The notes beneath the pieces are model-generated. The model was given only the letters and a program-made list of their open reading frames with translations, had not been told where the DNA came from and ran no database searches. From an uncultured Clostridia bacterium (lineage in GTDB: Bacteria; Bacillota; Clostridia; Lachnospirales; CAG-274), in assembly GCA_947628755.1 (NCBI GenBank), contig CANRBC010000004.1, positions 20,880 through 84,879 on the forward strand: 64,000 bases of DNA, given 5' to 3'. Shown piece by piece: positions 34,742 through 46,272 of this stretch (position 1 is its first letter; each line of letters starts with the position of its first letter). A program made the position numbers and the translations under genes.

Positions 34742-36283
34742 ATGGATAAGAAAACAACTGTTTTAATGATATTAGACGGTTTCGGTATAAACAACAAGAC
34801 AGAGGGAAATGCTGTAAAGCAGGCAAATACTCCCGTTATAGACGGACTTATGGAGAAGTACGGCTGGGTAAAGGGATATGCCAGCGGTCTTGCAGTAGGT
34901 CTGCCTGACGGTCAGATGGGAAATTCCGAGGTAGGACACCTTAATATGGGCGCAGGCCGTATAATTTACCAGGACCTTACCAAAATAACAAAGTCCATAG
35001 AAGACGGTGACTTTTTTGAAAATCCCGTTCTTATGGACACTATAAACAACTGTAAGGAAAACAACTCATCTCTTCATCTCTACGGTCTGCTTTCTCCCGG
35101 CGGCGTTCACAGTCATATAGAGCACGTGTACGCGCTGCTTAAAATGGCTAAGATGAACGGTCTTGAAAAGGTATATGTAGACTGCTTCTTAGACGGCAGG
35201 GATACCCCTCCCGCCTCTGCAAGAGGCTATATTGCCGAGCTTGAAGCCAAAATGAAGGAAATAGGCGTAGGCAAGGTAGCAGTTATTTCAGGACGTTACT
35301 ACGCTATGGACAGAGATAACAGATGGGACAGAGTAGAAAAGGCTTATGACGCCCTTGTAATGGGCAAGGGAAATACTGCAAATTCCGCCGACGAGTGTAT
35401 GGCTAAGTCCTATGAAGCCGAGGTGTTTGACGAGTTCGTAATACCTACCGTTATACTTGAAAACGGCAAGCCTACGGCTACCATACAGGAAAACGACTCT
35501 ATTATATTCTTTAATTTCAGACCCGACAGAGCAAGAGAGATTACAAGAGCCTTCTGTGATGTAGACTTTAAGGGCTTTGAAAGACCGAAGGGATATTTCC
35601 CCGTTAAGTACGTATGCTTTACGGACTATGATGCAACAATAGAGAATAAAGAGGTTGCCTTTAAGAAGGAATCCATAAACAATACCTTTGGCGAATATAT
35701 TTCATCTCTCGGACTTACTCAGGCAAGAATAGCCGAAACGGAAAAATATGCCCATGTTACGTTTTTCTTTAACGGCGGCATAGAGCAGCCCTATAAAAAT
35801 GAGGACAGATACCTTGTGCCTTCACCCAAGGTCGCTACATACGACCTTCAGCCGGAAATGAGCGCGCCTCAGGTGACCGATGAGCTTGTAAAGGCTATTG
35901 AAAGCCGTAAGTACGATGTTATAATAATAAACTATGCAAATCCCGATATGGTAGGTCACACAGGAGTTATGGAGGCGGCTATTAAGGCTGTTGAAACTGT
36001 GGATACCTGTGTGGGAAGAGTAGTTGACGCCATTATGAAGGTCGACGGTCAGATGTTTATATGCGCCGACCACGGAAACAGCGACCAGCTTATAGACTAT
36101 GATACAGGCAAGCCCTTTACTGCTCATACCACCAATCCCGTGCCCTTTATACTTGTGAACTGCCATAAGGCAAAGGGACTTGCAGAGGGCGGCAAGCTCT
36201 GCGACATAGCGCCTACGCTGTTGGATATGATGGATATTGAGCAGCCCAAAGAAATGACAGGTCATTCTCTGCTTGTTAAATAG
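34742..36283 (+). CDS. gpmI: 2,3-bisphosphoglycerate-independent phosphoglycerate mutase
   Basis: ILDGFG, NSEVGHLNMGAGR, DGRDTPP, ADHGN. Confidence 0.95.
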   Translation: MDKKTTVLMILDGFGINNKTEGNAVKQANTPVIDGLMEKYGWVKGYASGLAVGLPDGQMGNSEVGHLNMGAGRIIYQDLTKITKSIEDGDFFENPVLMDTINNCKENNSSLHLYGLLSPGGVHSHIEHVYALLKMAKMNGLEKVYVDCFLDGRDTPPASARGYIAELEAKMKEIGVGKVAVISGRYYAMDRDNRWDRVEKAYDALVMGKGNTANSADECMAKSYEAEVFDEFVIPTVILENGKPTATIQENDSIIFFNFRPDRAREITRAFCDVDFKGFERPKGYFPVKYVCFTDYDATIENKEVAFKKESINNTFGEYISSLGLTQARIAETEKYAHVTFFFNGGIEQPYKNEDRYLVPSPKVATYDLQPEMSAPQVTDELVKAIESRKYDVIIINYANPDMVGHTGVMEAAIKAVETVDTCVGRVVDAIMKVDGQMFICADHGNSDQLIDYDTGKPFTAHTTNPVPFILVNCHKAKGLAEGGKLCDIAPTLLDMMDIEQPKEMTGHSLLVK

Positions 36284-36293
36284 GTGCTAAATA

Positions 36294-36334
36294 TTGTCAA
36301 TCCGATTGACAAGTATGAATAAATTGTGTATACT
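36294..36334 (+). promoter_or_regulatory. Candidate internal promoter for eno with an overlapping 19-bp palindrome (possible operator)
   Basis: Palindrome ttgtcaat-ccg-attgacaa (36294-36312). -35 ttgaca at 36306-36311, a 17-nt spacer ending in tgtg, and -10 tatact at 36329-36334 (extended -10). Confidence 0.45.
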
Positions 36335-36343
36335 TAAAATTAA

Positions 36344-37717
<1,374 letters not shown>

Positions 37718-37730
37718 TATTGGTATTATA

Positions 37731-37760
37731 AAAGGCTGTGACAACACAGCCTTTTATTTT
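37731..37760 (+). terminator. eno terminator
   Basis: aaaggctgtg-acaa-cacagccttt followed by tatttt. Confidence 0.8.
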
Positions 37761-37816
37761 ATGCAAAAATATGGGGAAATGTTTGTAGGATTAAATTTTT
37801 GTTTATTGCAATAAAG

Positions 37817-38073
37817 TCGACCCTATCGGCAGCCCAATGCAAAGGTATTTTTAACTCATAGAAATGGTTGGGCTGCCACTTCCCCTTCTCTGAAGGGGAA
37901 GCTCAGGAGCACATTCTTCTCATTTCTCAGTTAGTAATAAAGTTAATTTTTCAACAGAATTAAAGCCCTTAGGCAGCGTACACCTAAGGCTCCCCTTACG
38001 TGAAGGGGAGCTGTCAGGCACGTCAAAAATTCCAAATTAAGATATTTTTGAACGTGCCTGACTGAAGGGTCGA
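37817..38073. repeat. Structured intergenic element B: second inverted pair of the same two-hairpin module as element A
   Basis: Ends tcgaccct (37817-37824) and agggtcga (38066-38073). Hairpins: 37828-37877 (ggcagcccaa/ttgggctgcc), 37880-37900 (ttcccctt/aaggggaa), 37990-38010 (ctcccctt/aaggggag) and 38013-38062 (gtcaggcacgt/acgtgcctgac). Confidence 0.8.
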
Positions 38074-38121
38074 TATGCATATAAACAAAAATTTAATACA
38101 AAACCCTATTCTATATTCTTT

Positions 38122-38156
38122 AAAAGTAAAAAGCGCCGAATCCATCGGCGCTTTTT
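38122..38156 (-). terminator. Bidirectional terminator at the 3' end of the tagO-like gene
   Basis: aaaaagcgccga-atcca-tcggcgcttttt. It overlaps the stop codon. Confidence 0.7.
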
Positions 38157-39180
38157 ATGTTCTCTTACTGTATACCATTATCATCAATATTACCACAAGC
38201 AGCGCAAGCATAAGCGAAAGAGTAAACCTATAGTCGTCAAAGGCTATGGCAACGGCTATAAGGCAGCTTACGGAGCTCAGAGCATAAAGCACTATGACTG
38301 CCTGCTGGCTTGTAAGTCCCGAATCCACAAGTCTATGGTGGAGATGCCCCCTATCCGGCGCCATAATAGGCTGATGATGTACAGCACGCCTTATCATGGC
38401 AAAGGCGGTATCTATCATAGGCAGCGCCATAGCAAGAGTGGAAAGGAGAAGTGAAAGTATGGCATATCCCTTGAACACTCCTATACATGAGCAAACCGCC
38501 AGTACATAGCCAAGAAAGGTAGAGCCTGTATCTCCCATATATACCTCGGCAGGAGCAAAATTCCTCGGCAGAAAGCCAAGAGAAGAGCCTGCCAGAGATG
38601 CGCTTATTACTACTGCCAGCACATTGTTTCCTCTGAGGGCGCACAGTATAGTAAGGCATACTGCCGCTATTGTGGTAACGCCGCTTGCCAGACCGTCAAG
38701 TCCGTCTATAAGGTTTACGGCATTTATAAGTCCGACTATCCAAATAACAGTGATAATAGCTGAAAACGGCTTAAGATACTGCCAAAAGGGCCACATTATA
38801 AAGTCCAGCTTAGTGCCTGTTGACACAACTATTACGGCAACAATTATCTGCACCGCCAGCTTGAACTTGGCGCTCAGCTCATATATATCGTCAAGCATAC
38901 CCACTACCACTATAATAACAGCGCCTATTGTAAAGCCTAAAAACTGTACCGTAATAAAATCCCTCATAAAAAAGGACATAAGTACAATAGAGCCTGTAAA
39001 GCCCAGCACTATGGCAAGTCCACCCATACGGGGAACAGGCTCGTTGTTCATACCTCTGGAGCGAGGAAAGTCAACTGCCTTAAAGCGGTATGCAAGGTCC
39101 TTTGCCATAGGTGTGGTAAGCAGGGATATAGCAAATGAAACAGCAAAGGCTGTCAGACATAAAAGCCATGTCTGTGACAT
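38155..39180 (-). CDS. tagO: Glycosyltransferase family 4 (MraY/WecA/TagO-like) undecaprenyl-phosphate GlcNAc-1-phosphate transferase
   Basis: Polytopic protein with PRMGGLAI, DDIYELSAKFKL and NAVNLIDGLDGLASG motifs. The symbol is assigned by family and is tentative. Confidence 0.75.
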   Translation of the reverse strand: MSQTWLLCLTAFAVSFAISLLTTPMAKDLAYRFKAVDFPRSRGMNNEPVPRMGGLAIVLGFTGSIVLMSFFMRDFITVQFLGFTIGAVIIVVVGMLDDIYELSAKFKLAVQIIVAVIVVSTGTKLDFIMWPFWQYLKPFSAIITVIWIVGLINAVNLIDGLDGLASGVTTIAAVCLTILCALRGNNVLAVVISASLAGSSLGFLPRNFAPAEVYMGDTGSTFLGYVLAVCSCIGVFKGYAILSLLLSTLAMALPMIDTAFAMIRRAVHHQPIMAPDRGHLHHRLVDSGLTSQQAVIVLYALSSVSCLIAVAIAFDDYRFTLSLMLALLVVILMIMVYSKRT

Positions 39181-39200
39181 ACAAATTCCTCCCCGAAGGC

Positions 39201-39824
39201 TTACTTAGTGCCGAACATTCTGTTGCCTGCGTCTCCCAAGCCCGGCACGATATATCCGTTTTCATTTATGGCTCTGTCCAGAGCTGCCGTATATACATCT
39301 ACATCGGGATGGTCCTTCTGGAGCTTTGATACGCCGTCGGGCGTACAGATAAGGCAGATATACTTTATATTCTTTGCCCTTCTCTCCTTAAGGAACTGTA
39401 TGGCGGCGCTTGCAGTACCGCCTGTGGCCATCATAGGCTCAAGAACGAACACCTCAAGATGCTCCACATCGGGCAGCTTACAATAATACTCTATGGGCTG
39501 GAATGTATTGGGGTCTCTGTAAAGACCTATGTGACCTATCTTAGCGTTGGGTACAAGACTTACTATGCCGTCTACCATACCCAGACCGCCTCTTAATATA
39601 GGCACTATGCCTATATCCAAATCAAGGGTCTTGCACTTTGCCTCTCCGAGAGGCGTAGTCACATCTATATCTCTGACCGCCATATCTCTTGTAGCCTCAT
39701 AGCAGAGAAGAGCGGAAATTTCACTTATAAGCTCTCTGAATTCCTTGTTGTTAGTATCAGCATTTCTAAGCCTTGCCAGCTTACTCTGAACCAGAGGATG
39801 CTCTGCTATATATAAATTGCTCAT
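39201..39824 (-). CDS. upp: Uracil phosphoribosyltransferase
   Basis: HPLVQSKL, VPILRGGLGM, EPMMATGGT, YIVPGLGDAG. Confidence 0.95.
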   Translation of the reverse strand: MSNLYIAEHPLVQSKLARLRNADTNNKEFRELISEISALLCYEATRDMAVRDIDVTTPLGEAKCKTLDLDIGIVPILRGGLGMVDGIVSLVPNAKIGHIGLYRDPNTFQPIEYYCKLPDVEHLEVFVLEPMMATGGTASAAIQFLKERRAKNIKYICLICTPDGVSKLQKDHPDVDVYTAALDRAINENGYIVPGLGDAGNRMFGTK

Positions 39825-39835
39825 AAAAATACCTC

Positions 39836-40264
39836 CTAATCCTCTATCATTTTTATTCTGCGAATGTGTCTTATATCATTGGAAAAATCCGTTTGCAAAA
39901 AGGCTCTTACTATTTCAAGGGCAGGTCCGGGACCTATTACCCTTGCGCCCATGCAAAGCACATTGGAATCATTATGCTCTCTTGTTGCCTTTGCTGAAAA
40001 TACGTCGTGGCAAAGCGCCGCTCTTATTCCCTTTATTTTATTTGCCGTAATGCACATTCCTATACCCGTGCCGCATATAAGTATGCCCCTGTCACACTCT
40101 CCGCTTGCCACAGCCTTTGCCACAGCCTTGGCAAATATGGGATAATCACAGCTTTCGCTTGAATATGTGCCGTAGTCCCTGCACTCTATATCGTGGTCTG
40201 CAAGATACGCCTTTATTAAATTTTTAAGCTCATAGCCGCCGTGGTCGCATCCTAATCCTATCAT
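39836..40264 (-). CDS. rpiB: Ribose-5-phosphate isomerase B
   Basis: IGLGCDHGGYELK, ILICGTGIGM, REHNDSNVLCMG. Confidence 0.9.
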   Translation of the reverse strand: MIGLGCDHGGYELKNLIKAYLADHDIECRDYGTYSSESCDYPIFAKAVAKAVASGECDRGILICGTGIGMCITANKIKGIRAALCHDVFSAKATREHNDSNVLCMGARVIGPGPALEIVRAFLQTDFSNDIRHIRRIKMIED

Positions 40265-40279
40265 ATAAACACATCCTTT

Positions 40280-41326
40280 CTATACGTCGTAAATTTCATA
40301 GCCTGCCGCTTTTTTCAATCTGTTCATAATAGCAAGTCCAAGCTCGTTTTCGGGCAGTCCCTCTGCAAATACAAGAGCTATATTGTGATAATCGCATTTT
40401 CTCAGCATTTTAAAGAGGTTGGAGGCTATTTCCGCAGAATCCTTCCTGCTGCCTATTACAAGCACCTCGTCTGCCTTATATCTGTCCTTTGTTTCCTCGG
40501 AGGCTATAACACCCGTCTTAAGTCCCTTGTCCGCAGAAGAAATAAGCTCGTTTATCTTGGCTATTACCTGTTCTTCGCCGCCTCTTACTATTACCACCCT
40601 TGCAGAGGGAGAATAGTGAGTGTATTTCATACCCGGCGCTTTGGGTCTTTCGCCCTTTTCGAGCCTTGAAAGCACAGCCTTGTCTATATCTATTTTTCCA
40701 AGCACCTCTTCAAGCATCTCTACTGTAATGCTGCCCGGTCTTAAAAGACAAGGCCTGTCTCCGGATACGTCTACAATAGTGGATTCCAGACCAAACTCAC
40801 AGCGTCCTCCGTCTATTATCATATCTATTCTGCCCTTAAGGTCAAACTCCACGTGGGAGGCTCTGGTGGGACTTGGACGTCCCGAAGAATTGGCACTTGG
40901 GGCGGCTATGGGCACATTACAGGCGGAAATAAACTGTCTTGCAACCTTGTTTTCAGGAAAACGTATGGCGACGGTATCAAGCCCGCCTGTTGTTTTATAG
41001 GGCACTATATCCGTCTTTTTGAATATAAGAGTAAGCGGTCCGGGCCAGAAATGAGATATAAGCATTTCGGCGCTTTTAGGCACCTCCCTTACGAGGGGTC
41101 TTAGCTGAGAAAGCTCTGAAATATGGAGTATAAGAGGATTGTCCGAGGGACGTCCCTTTGCCTCATATATTTTCTCTGCTGCCTTTGAATCAAGACCGTT
41201 GCCTCCCAGACCGTATACGGTTTCCGTAGGAAACGCTACAAGACCACCTTGCTTTATTATCTCGGCGGCCTTTTCCGTAACAGCTTTTATATTTTCGTTA
41301 TCTGCCTTTAGTATAATAGTTTCCAC
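40280..41326 (-). CDS. tsaC: L-threonylcarbamoyladenylate synthase (Sua5/YwlC, long form of TsaC)
   Basis: FPTETVYGLG, KGRPSDNPLILH, APSANSSGRPSPT, plus a C-terminal Sua5 domain. Confidence 0.9.
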   Translation of the reverse strand: METIILKADNENIKAVTEKAAEIIKQGGLVAFPTETVYGLGGNGLDSKAAEKIYEAKGRPSDNPLILHISELSQLRPLVREVPKSAEMLISHFWPGPLTLIFKKTDIVPYKTTGGLDTVAIRFPENKVARQFISACNVPIAAPSANSSGRPSPTRASHVEFDLKGRIDMIIDGGRCEFGLESTIVDVSGDRPCLLRPGSITVEMLEEVLGKIDIDKAVLSRLEKGERPKAPGMKYTHYSPSARVVIVRGGEEQVIAKINELISSADKGLKTGVIASEETKDRYKADEVLVIGSRKDSAEIASNLFKMLRKCDYHNIALVFAEGLPENELGLAIMNRLKKAAGYEIYDV

Positions 41327-41352
41327 TTGTATCGCACCACATTCGGACTGCG

Positions 41353-41856
<504 letters not shown>

Positions 41857-41943
41857 ATTGATTTTTCCTCCTGGGGTTTATGGATTTTGGATTTTTACTT
41901 TATCATCATATTTTACAACAAAAGTAATAATATATCAAGTATT

Positions 41944-43299
41944 TTATAGTATGGCGTCAAGAAGCTCCGATACGTTGGAAACGCCCGTTACCTCTATGCC
42001 CTTTATGTCCATGGTCTTGCTGAGATTGGATTTTGGCATTATACAGCGCTTGAAGCCGAGCCTTGCCGCCTCGGACACTCTCTTTTCCGCCATGGCGACT
42101 GCTCTCAGCTCTCCCGTAAGACCTATTTCGCCGAAAATTACGGTATCAGCAGGAATGGGGTTGTCCCTGTAGCTTGAGGCTATTGCCGCAGCAACGGCAG
42201 CGTCCAGAGAAGGCTCTGTAATCCTCATTCCTCCTGTGATATTTATATACGCGTCATAGCTGCCCAGCTGTAGTCCCGCTCTTTTTTCAAGCACGGCTAT
42301 AAGTATAGTCACTCTATTGAAATCCATGCCCGTTGACATTCTTCTGGGCATATTGAAGCTGGTGAAGCTGACCAAAGACTGCACCTCTATGAGCAAAGGA
42401 CGCGTACCCTCTATGGCGCAGGTAACTGCCGTACCCGATACGTTAAGAGGTCTGTCGCTTAGCATATACGCAGAGGGATTGAGTATTTCCTTAAGTCCCT
42501 CGTTTGTCATTTCAAAAACGCCTATTTCGTTTGTACTGCCAAAACGGTTCTTTACAGCTCTCAGAAGTCTGTAGCTTGCGGTTTTGTCACCCTCGAAATA
42601 CAGCACTGTATCAACTATATGCTCCAGCACTCTCGGACCTGCAATACTGCCGTCCTTTGTAACATGACCCACTATTATTACGGTTATCCCCCTGCCCTTG
42701 CTTATGTTCATAAGCCTTGACGTAGTTTCCCTTATCTGAGTAACAGAGCCCGGAGCAGAAGTCGCCTCCTCCAGATACATTGTCTGTATGGAGTCTATTA
42801 TAACATAGTCGGGGCTTTCCGAATTTATTACACTCTCAATAGCAGTCATATTGGTCTCCGAAAGGAGCTTTAGCATTTCCGTATTTATATTGAGCCTGTC
42901 GGCGCGCATTTTGATTTGACGGGGAGATTCCTCGCCGGATACATAGAGAATTTTCTTGCCCTGCTCGCCAAGCTGCTGACATATCTGAAGCAGAAGAGTT
43001 GACTTGCCTATACCCGGATAGCCGCCTACAAGAGTAAGAGAGCCTGCCACAAGGCCGCCTCCCAGCACTCTGTCCAGCTCAGAAAGTCCCGTAAGCACTC
43101 TGTCCTCCCTCTCTGCCGTTATTTCGGCAAGTCTTTGAGGCTTAAAGGACGAGGATATGCCTACGCCTTTGCTTTTGACAGCAGTAACAATTTCCTCCTG
43201 TATAGTGCCGAAGCTGCCGCAGCCGGGGCATTTGCCAAGCCATTTTATTGTTTCATATCCGCAGTTCTGACAAACATATTTGGTCTTGCTCTTAGCCAT
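41944..43299 (-). CDS. radA: DNA repair protein RadA/Sms
   Basis: N-terminal Zn finger YVCQNCGY...CPGCG, Walker A GYPGIGKST, the KNRFG motif, and a Lon-like C-terminus. Confidence 0.95.
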   Translation of the reverse strand: MAKSKTKYVCQNCGYETIKWLGKCPGCGSFGTIQEEIVTAVKSKGVGISSSFKPQRLAEITAEREDRVLTGLSELDRVLGGGLVAGSLTLVGGYPGIGKSTLLLQICQQLGEQGKKILYVSGEESPRQIKMRADRLNINTEMLKLLSETNMTAIESVINSESPDYVIIDSIQTMYLEEATSAPGSVTQIRETTSRLMNISKGRGITVIIVGHVTKDGSIAGPRVLEHIVDTVLYFEGDKTASYRLLRAVKNRFGSTNEIGVFEMTNEGLKEILNPSAYMLSDRPLNVSGTAVTCAIEGTRPLLIEVQSLVSFTSFNMPRRMSTGMDFNRVTILIAVLEKRAGLQLGSYDAYINITGGMRITEPSLDAAVAAAIASSYRDNPIPADTVIFGEIGLTGELRAVAMAEKRVSEAARLGFKRCIMPKSNLSKTMDIKGIEVTGVSNVSELLDAIL

Positions 43300-43300
43300 A

Positions 43301-43711
43301 TCAATGCTTTATTATCTTAACGGACTGAGGACTGTCGCTTAGCTCTATGCTGAAGCTCACCTTGCCGGAAAGATTGCTCTTAATTTTATCTACATTTACA
43401 TCATCTATATATATTGAATAGTTTGTATCCTTTTCAAGCTCTGTTGTCACCATTGTACTGCCCTTGCCCTCTATTGAGAACACAGCGCCGTTTCCGCTTA
43501 TTTTAAGGCTGTGTACAGCAGCGCCGGGAACAGTTTCAAGCACAAGATTGCCGTTTTTGGAAAGACGGGTAACGTCCTTATGAGTTCTTACCTTATAGGT
43601 ATCCTCCCCAACCTTAAAGCCCTCCAGCTTCTGCTTTTCGGCTACCAGATAATTGCCGAAGCTCAAAGAACCGTCTGCCTCTGTACATATTATTTCCTTA
43701 ATAATTGCCAT
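43301..43711 (-). CDS. Hypothetical beta-rich protein upstream of radA
   Basis: 136-aa ORF ending 1 nt before the radA start. No domain recognised. Confidence 0.5.
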   Translation of the reverse strand: MAIIKEIICTEADGSLSFGNYLVAEKQKLEGFKVGEDTYKVRTHKDVTRLSKNGNLVLETVPGAAVHSLKISGNGAVFSIEGKGSTMVTTELEKDTNYSIYIDDVNVDKIKSNLSGKVSFSIELSDSPQSVKIIKH

Positions 43712-43828
43712 TTCCTTTTCCTCCTGATATAAATTTTTTTTGACAATTTTTATTATATTTAATATAATTATATCAAATTCCTTTGGATTTGTATATATAT
43801 ATTTTCATTACAAATTCATTAATTTGAG

Positions 43829-44575
43829 GTGAACATATTGCCAAAAGAAAGACTGGACAAATTTATTGCCAACAGGGGAAAAGGCACTCGCTCGGAAATA
43901 AAGAGCATTATAAGAGCAGGCAGAGTAAATGTAAACGGCATAAGCGTAAAGGAGCCCGAATATAAAATAAATGAGGAGGATACCGTTACCGTTGACGGCG
44001 CTCCCATAGACAGTGAAAAATACGTGTATGTTATGATGAACAAGCCCTCCGGCGTTATTTGCGCAACAAAGGACAAAAATGACAGGACAGTAATTAATAT
44101 TTTAGGCGACGAATACAAAGGCTATAAGCTGTTTCCCGCAGGAAGACTGGATAAGGACACCAGGGGACTTGTAATACTTACCAACGACGGGGACTTTGCC
44201 CACAACTCCCTTTCTCCTACAAAGCACGTCAAAAAAAGGTATATTGCCCATGTTACAGGCAGTATAAACGAATTTGCTGTGAGAAAATTCAGAGAGGGAA
44301 TTGAATTAAAAGACTTTACAACAAAGGAAGCAGAGCTTATAATAAAGGAAAGAAAGGACGACTTTACGATAACGGAGATCGTCATAGGCGAAGGAAAATT
44401 TCATCAGATAAAGAGAATGTTTGAGGCAGTAGGCTGTAAGGTAGTGTATCTCAAAAGGACAGACTTTGGCAGCATACACCTTGACGAAGGGCTTAAAGAG
44501 GGAGAGTACAGACCCTTTGACCAAAAGGAAAGAGCCTATGCCAGGGCAATATCGGAGGGAGGTCATGACCTATGA
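43829..44575 (+). CDS. Pseudouridine synthase, RsuA/RluB family (S4 domain plus catalytic domain)
   Basis: RLDKFIANRG S4 N-terminus and the catalytic motif AGRLDKDTRGLVILTNDG. The start is ambiguous (GTG 43829, or TTG 43838 after gaggtg). Confidence 0.85.
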   Translation: MNILPKERLDKFIANRGKGTRSEIKSIIRAGRVNVNGISVKEPEYKINEEDTVTVDGAPIDSEKYVYVMMNKPSGVICATKDKNDRTVINILGDEYKGYKLFPAGRLDKDTRGLVILTNDGDFAHNSLSPTKHVKKRYIAHVTGSINEFAVRKFREGIELKDFTTKEAELIIKERKDDFTITEIVIGEGKFHQIKRMFEAVGCKVVYLKRTDFGSIHLDEGLKEGEYRPFDQKERAYARAISEGGHDL

Positions 44576-45672
44576 AAAAAATATTGCTTATTATAATAGC
44601 CGCTATAATAATGTCCCAGACAGTTGCGGCAGACAATATGGAGGATGTTATTTCCGCCTGGAGGAATCTTTATTCCGGAATTAAGGGAGCCTCCTACGGG
44701 GAGGTAAACGCAGGCAGAGTGGACACCAAGGAGGAATGGCTTGCGGAAATAAAAAAAGCCAATATGAATCTTGAGGATTCCATAACGCTTAGCATACCGG
44801 AATTCAGCTCTCAGGAATACGACCTTTCTCAGCTTAAGAGCTACGACGTTTCTACAACGGCAAAGGGAAATGTAAACTCCGGCAGAGCAAGGATAACATA
44901 TTCCTTTGAGTACAATCCCAATTACAAAATGATAAGGGTAATGGCTGACGAAAAGCTCTACAACAAGCTGAATCTTGAGGAAAAGCAGGTATATACCGCC
45001 GTAAAGAACACTACTGCCAATATTATTAAGGACTGCTCAACGGAATTTGACAGAGAGCTTGCCATACATAATTTCATAACAGACAACTATAAATACGGTC
45101 CGGTAGGCACAACGGACGTGCCAAGGAGAGCTCATACAATTACGGGTATAGTAATGGACAAGGAGGGTATATGCGAGGCATACGCCAATCTCTTCTACAT
45201 GATGTGCAAAATGGCAAACCTGGACGTACAGTTCGTAACAGGCGAGGCAAATGGAATAGGTCATATATGGACAATGATAAATCTTGACGGCGACTACTAT
45301 CATGTAGATGTTACAAGCGACGACCCTGCTCCCGATGTGGAATACAGGGAACGCTACGACTATTTTAACGTAACGGACGAATACATATCCTCAAGCCATA
45401 AATGGGACAGGGCGAGCTATCCCGAATGTACTGCGGAAAAGTACAACTATCATGTATACAACAACTATATCGTAGGCTCTGCCGAGGAGCTGGAGGAATT
45501 TATAAACGACAGCCTTAACAAGGGCAAGACCTCTATCTCCTTCAGAACAAAGGGGTATATATTAAACTCTGCCGACGAAATAAAGAATCTCACCAAAAAC
45601 AGAGGCTTCCACTCCGTTGCCGTAACGGGAGAATACGGCAAGGAAAGCACCTATAACGTTTCTCTTAAATAA
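44572..45672 (+). CDS. Secreted transglutaminase-like (cysteine protease fold) protein
   Basis: Signal peptide MKKILLIIIAAIIMSQTVAA. Core motif GICEAYANLFYMMCK ... GHIWTMINLDGDYYHVDVT (Cys-His-Asp). ATGA overlap with the upstream gene. Confidence 0.7.
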   Translation: MKKILLIIIAAIIMSQTVAADNMEDVISAWRNLYSGIKGASYGEVNAGRVDTKEEWLAEIKKANMNLEDSITLSIPEFSSQEYDLSQLKSYDVSTTAKGNVNSGRARITYSFEYNPNYKMIRVMADEKLYNKLNLEEKQVYTAVKNTTANIIKDCSTEFDRELAIHNFITDNYKYGPVGTTDVPRRAHTITGIVMDKEGICEAYANLFYMMCKMANLDVQFVTGEANGIGHIWTMINLDGDYYHVDVTSDDPAPDVEYRERYDYFNVTDEYISSSHKWDRASYPECTAEKYNYHVYNNYIVGSAEELEEFINDSLNKGKTSISFRTKGYILNSADEIKNLTKNRGFHSVAVTGEYGKESTYNVSLK

Positions 45673-45723
45673 ATATACTTTATAAAGCTGCCGCATCACA
45701 GCAGCATAGTCAAAGTCTTAACA

Positions 45724-45761
45724 ATAACAAAGAGCCGAGGAAACTCGGCTCTTTGTTATTT
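45724..45761. terminator. Bidirectional terminator between convergent genes
   Basis: aataacaaagagccgag-gaaa-ctcggctctttgttatt followed by tatatttt. Confidence 0.7.
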
Positions 45762-45780
45762 ATATTTTGCAGTAATAAGT

Positions 45781-46272
45781 CTATAATACAAAACCAATAA
45801 TACCGCCTATAAGGGCAATTATCCAGCCGCACACTATATCCATAGGATAGTGAAGACCCGTCATAACTCTTGAAATGCCTGTGAAAAACGCAAGTATCAT
45901 AAGCGGTACTGCCACGGCAGGCTCTACACAAAGCCAGCTGAAGGCTATTATCATAGCGGAAGCCGCATGATTGCTGGGCAGAGAGCCGTTTGCCTCATGG
46001 GGCACAAGGCTTTCTATATTCTCCCGCACAAAGGGGCGCGGTCTGTTCAGAAGCCTTCTGAGTATGGTATTTACGGCAAGCACCGTAAAAGGTACAATAA
46101 CATAACTCGGTATATTAATAATATCCTTATTAACGAGCAGCAGCAAAAAACCAAGTCCGAAAAAAAACATATAGACAAGTCTAGACAGCCTTGTAACAAA
46201 AACTGCCGTTTTTTCAAGATATTTATTGCTGCAGGCAAAGCCGTATATCTTGTGAAAAAGCCTTCTGTTCAT
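45781..46272 (-). CDS. PAP2 family phosphatase (undecaprenyl-diphosphatase-like membrane protein)
   Basis: PAP2 motifs RRLLNRPRP, PSNH and SRVMTGLHYPMD. The start at ATG 46272 overlaps the dapF stop (TAATG). The longer track ORF overlaps dapF and is rejected. Confidence 0.7.
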   Translation of the reverse strand: MNRRLFHKIYGFACSNKYLEKTAVFVTRLSRLVYMFFFGLGFLLLLVNKDIINIPSYVIVPFTVLAVNTILRRLLNRPRPFVRENIESLVPHEANGSLPSNHAASAMIIAFSWLCVEPAVAVPLMILAFFTGISRVMTGLHYPMDIVCGWIIALIGGIIGFVL

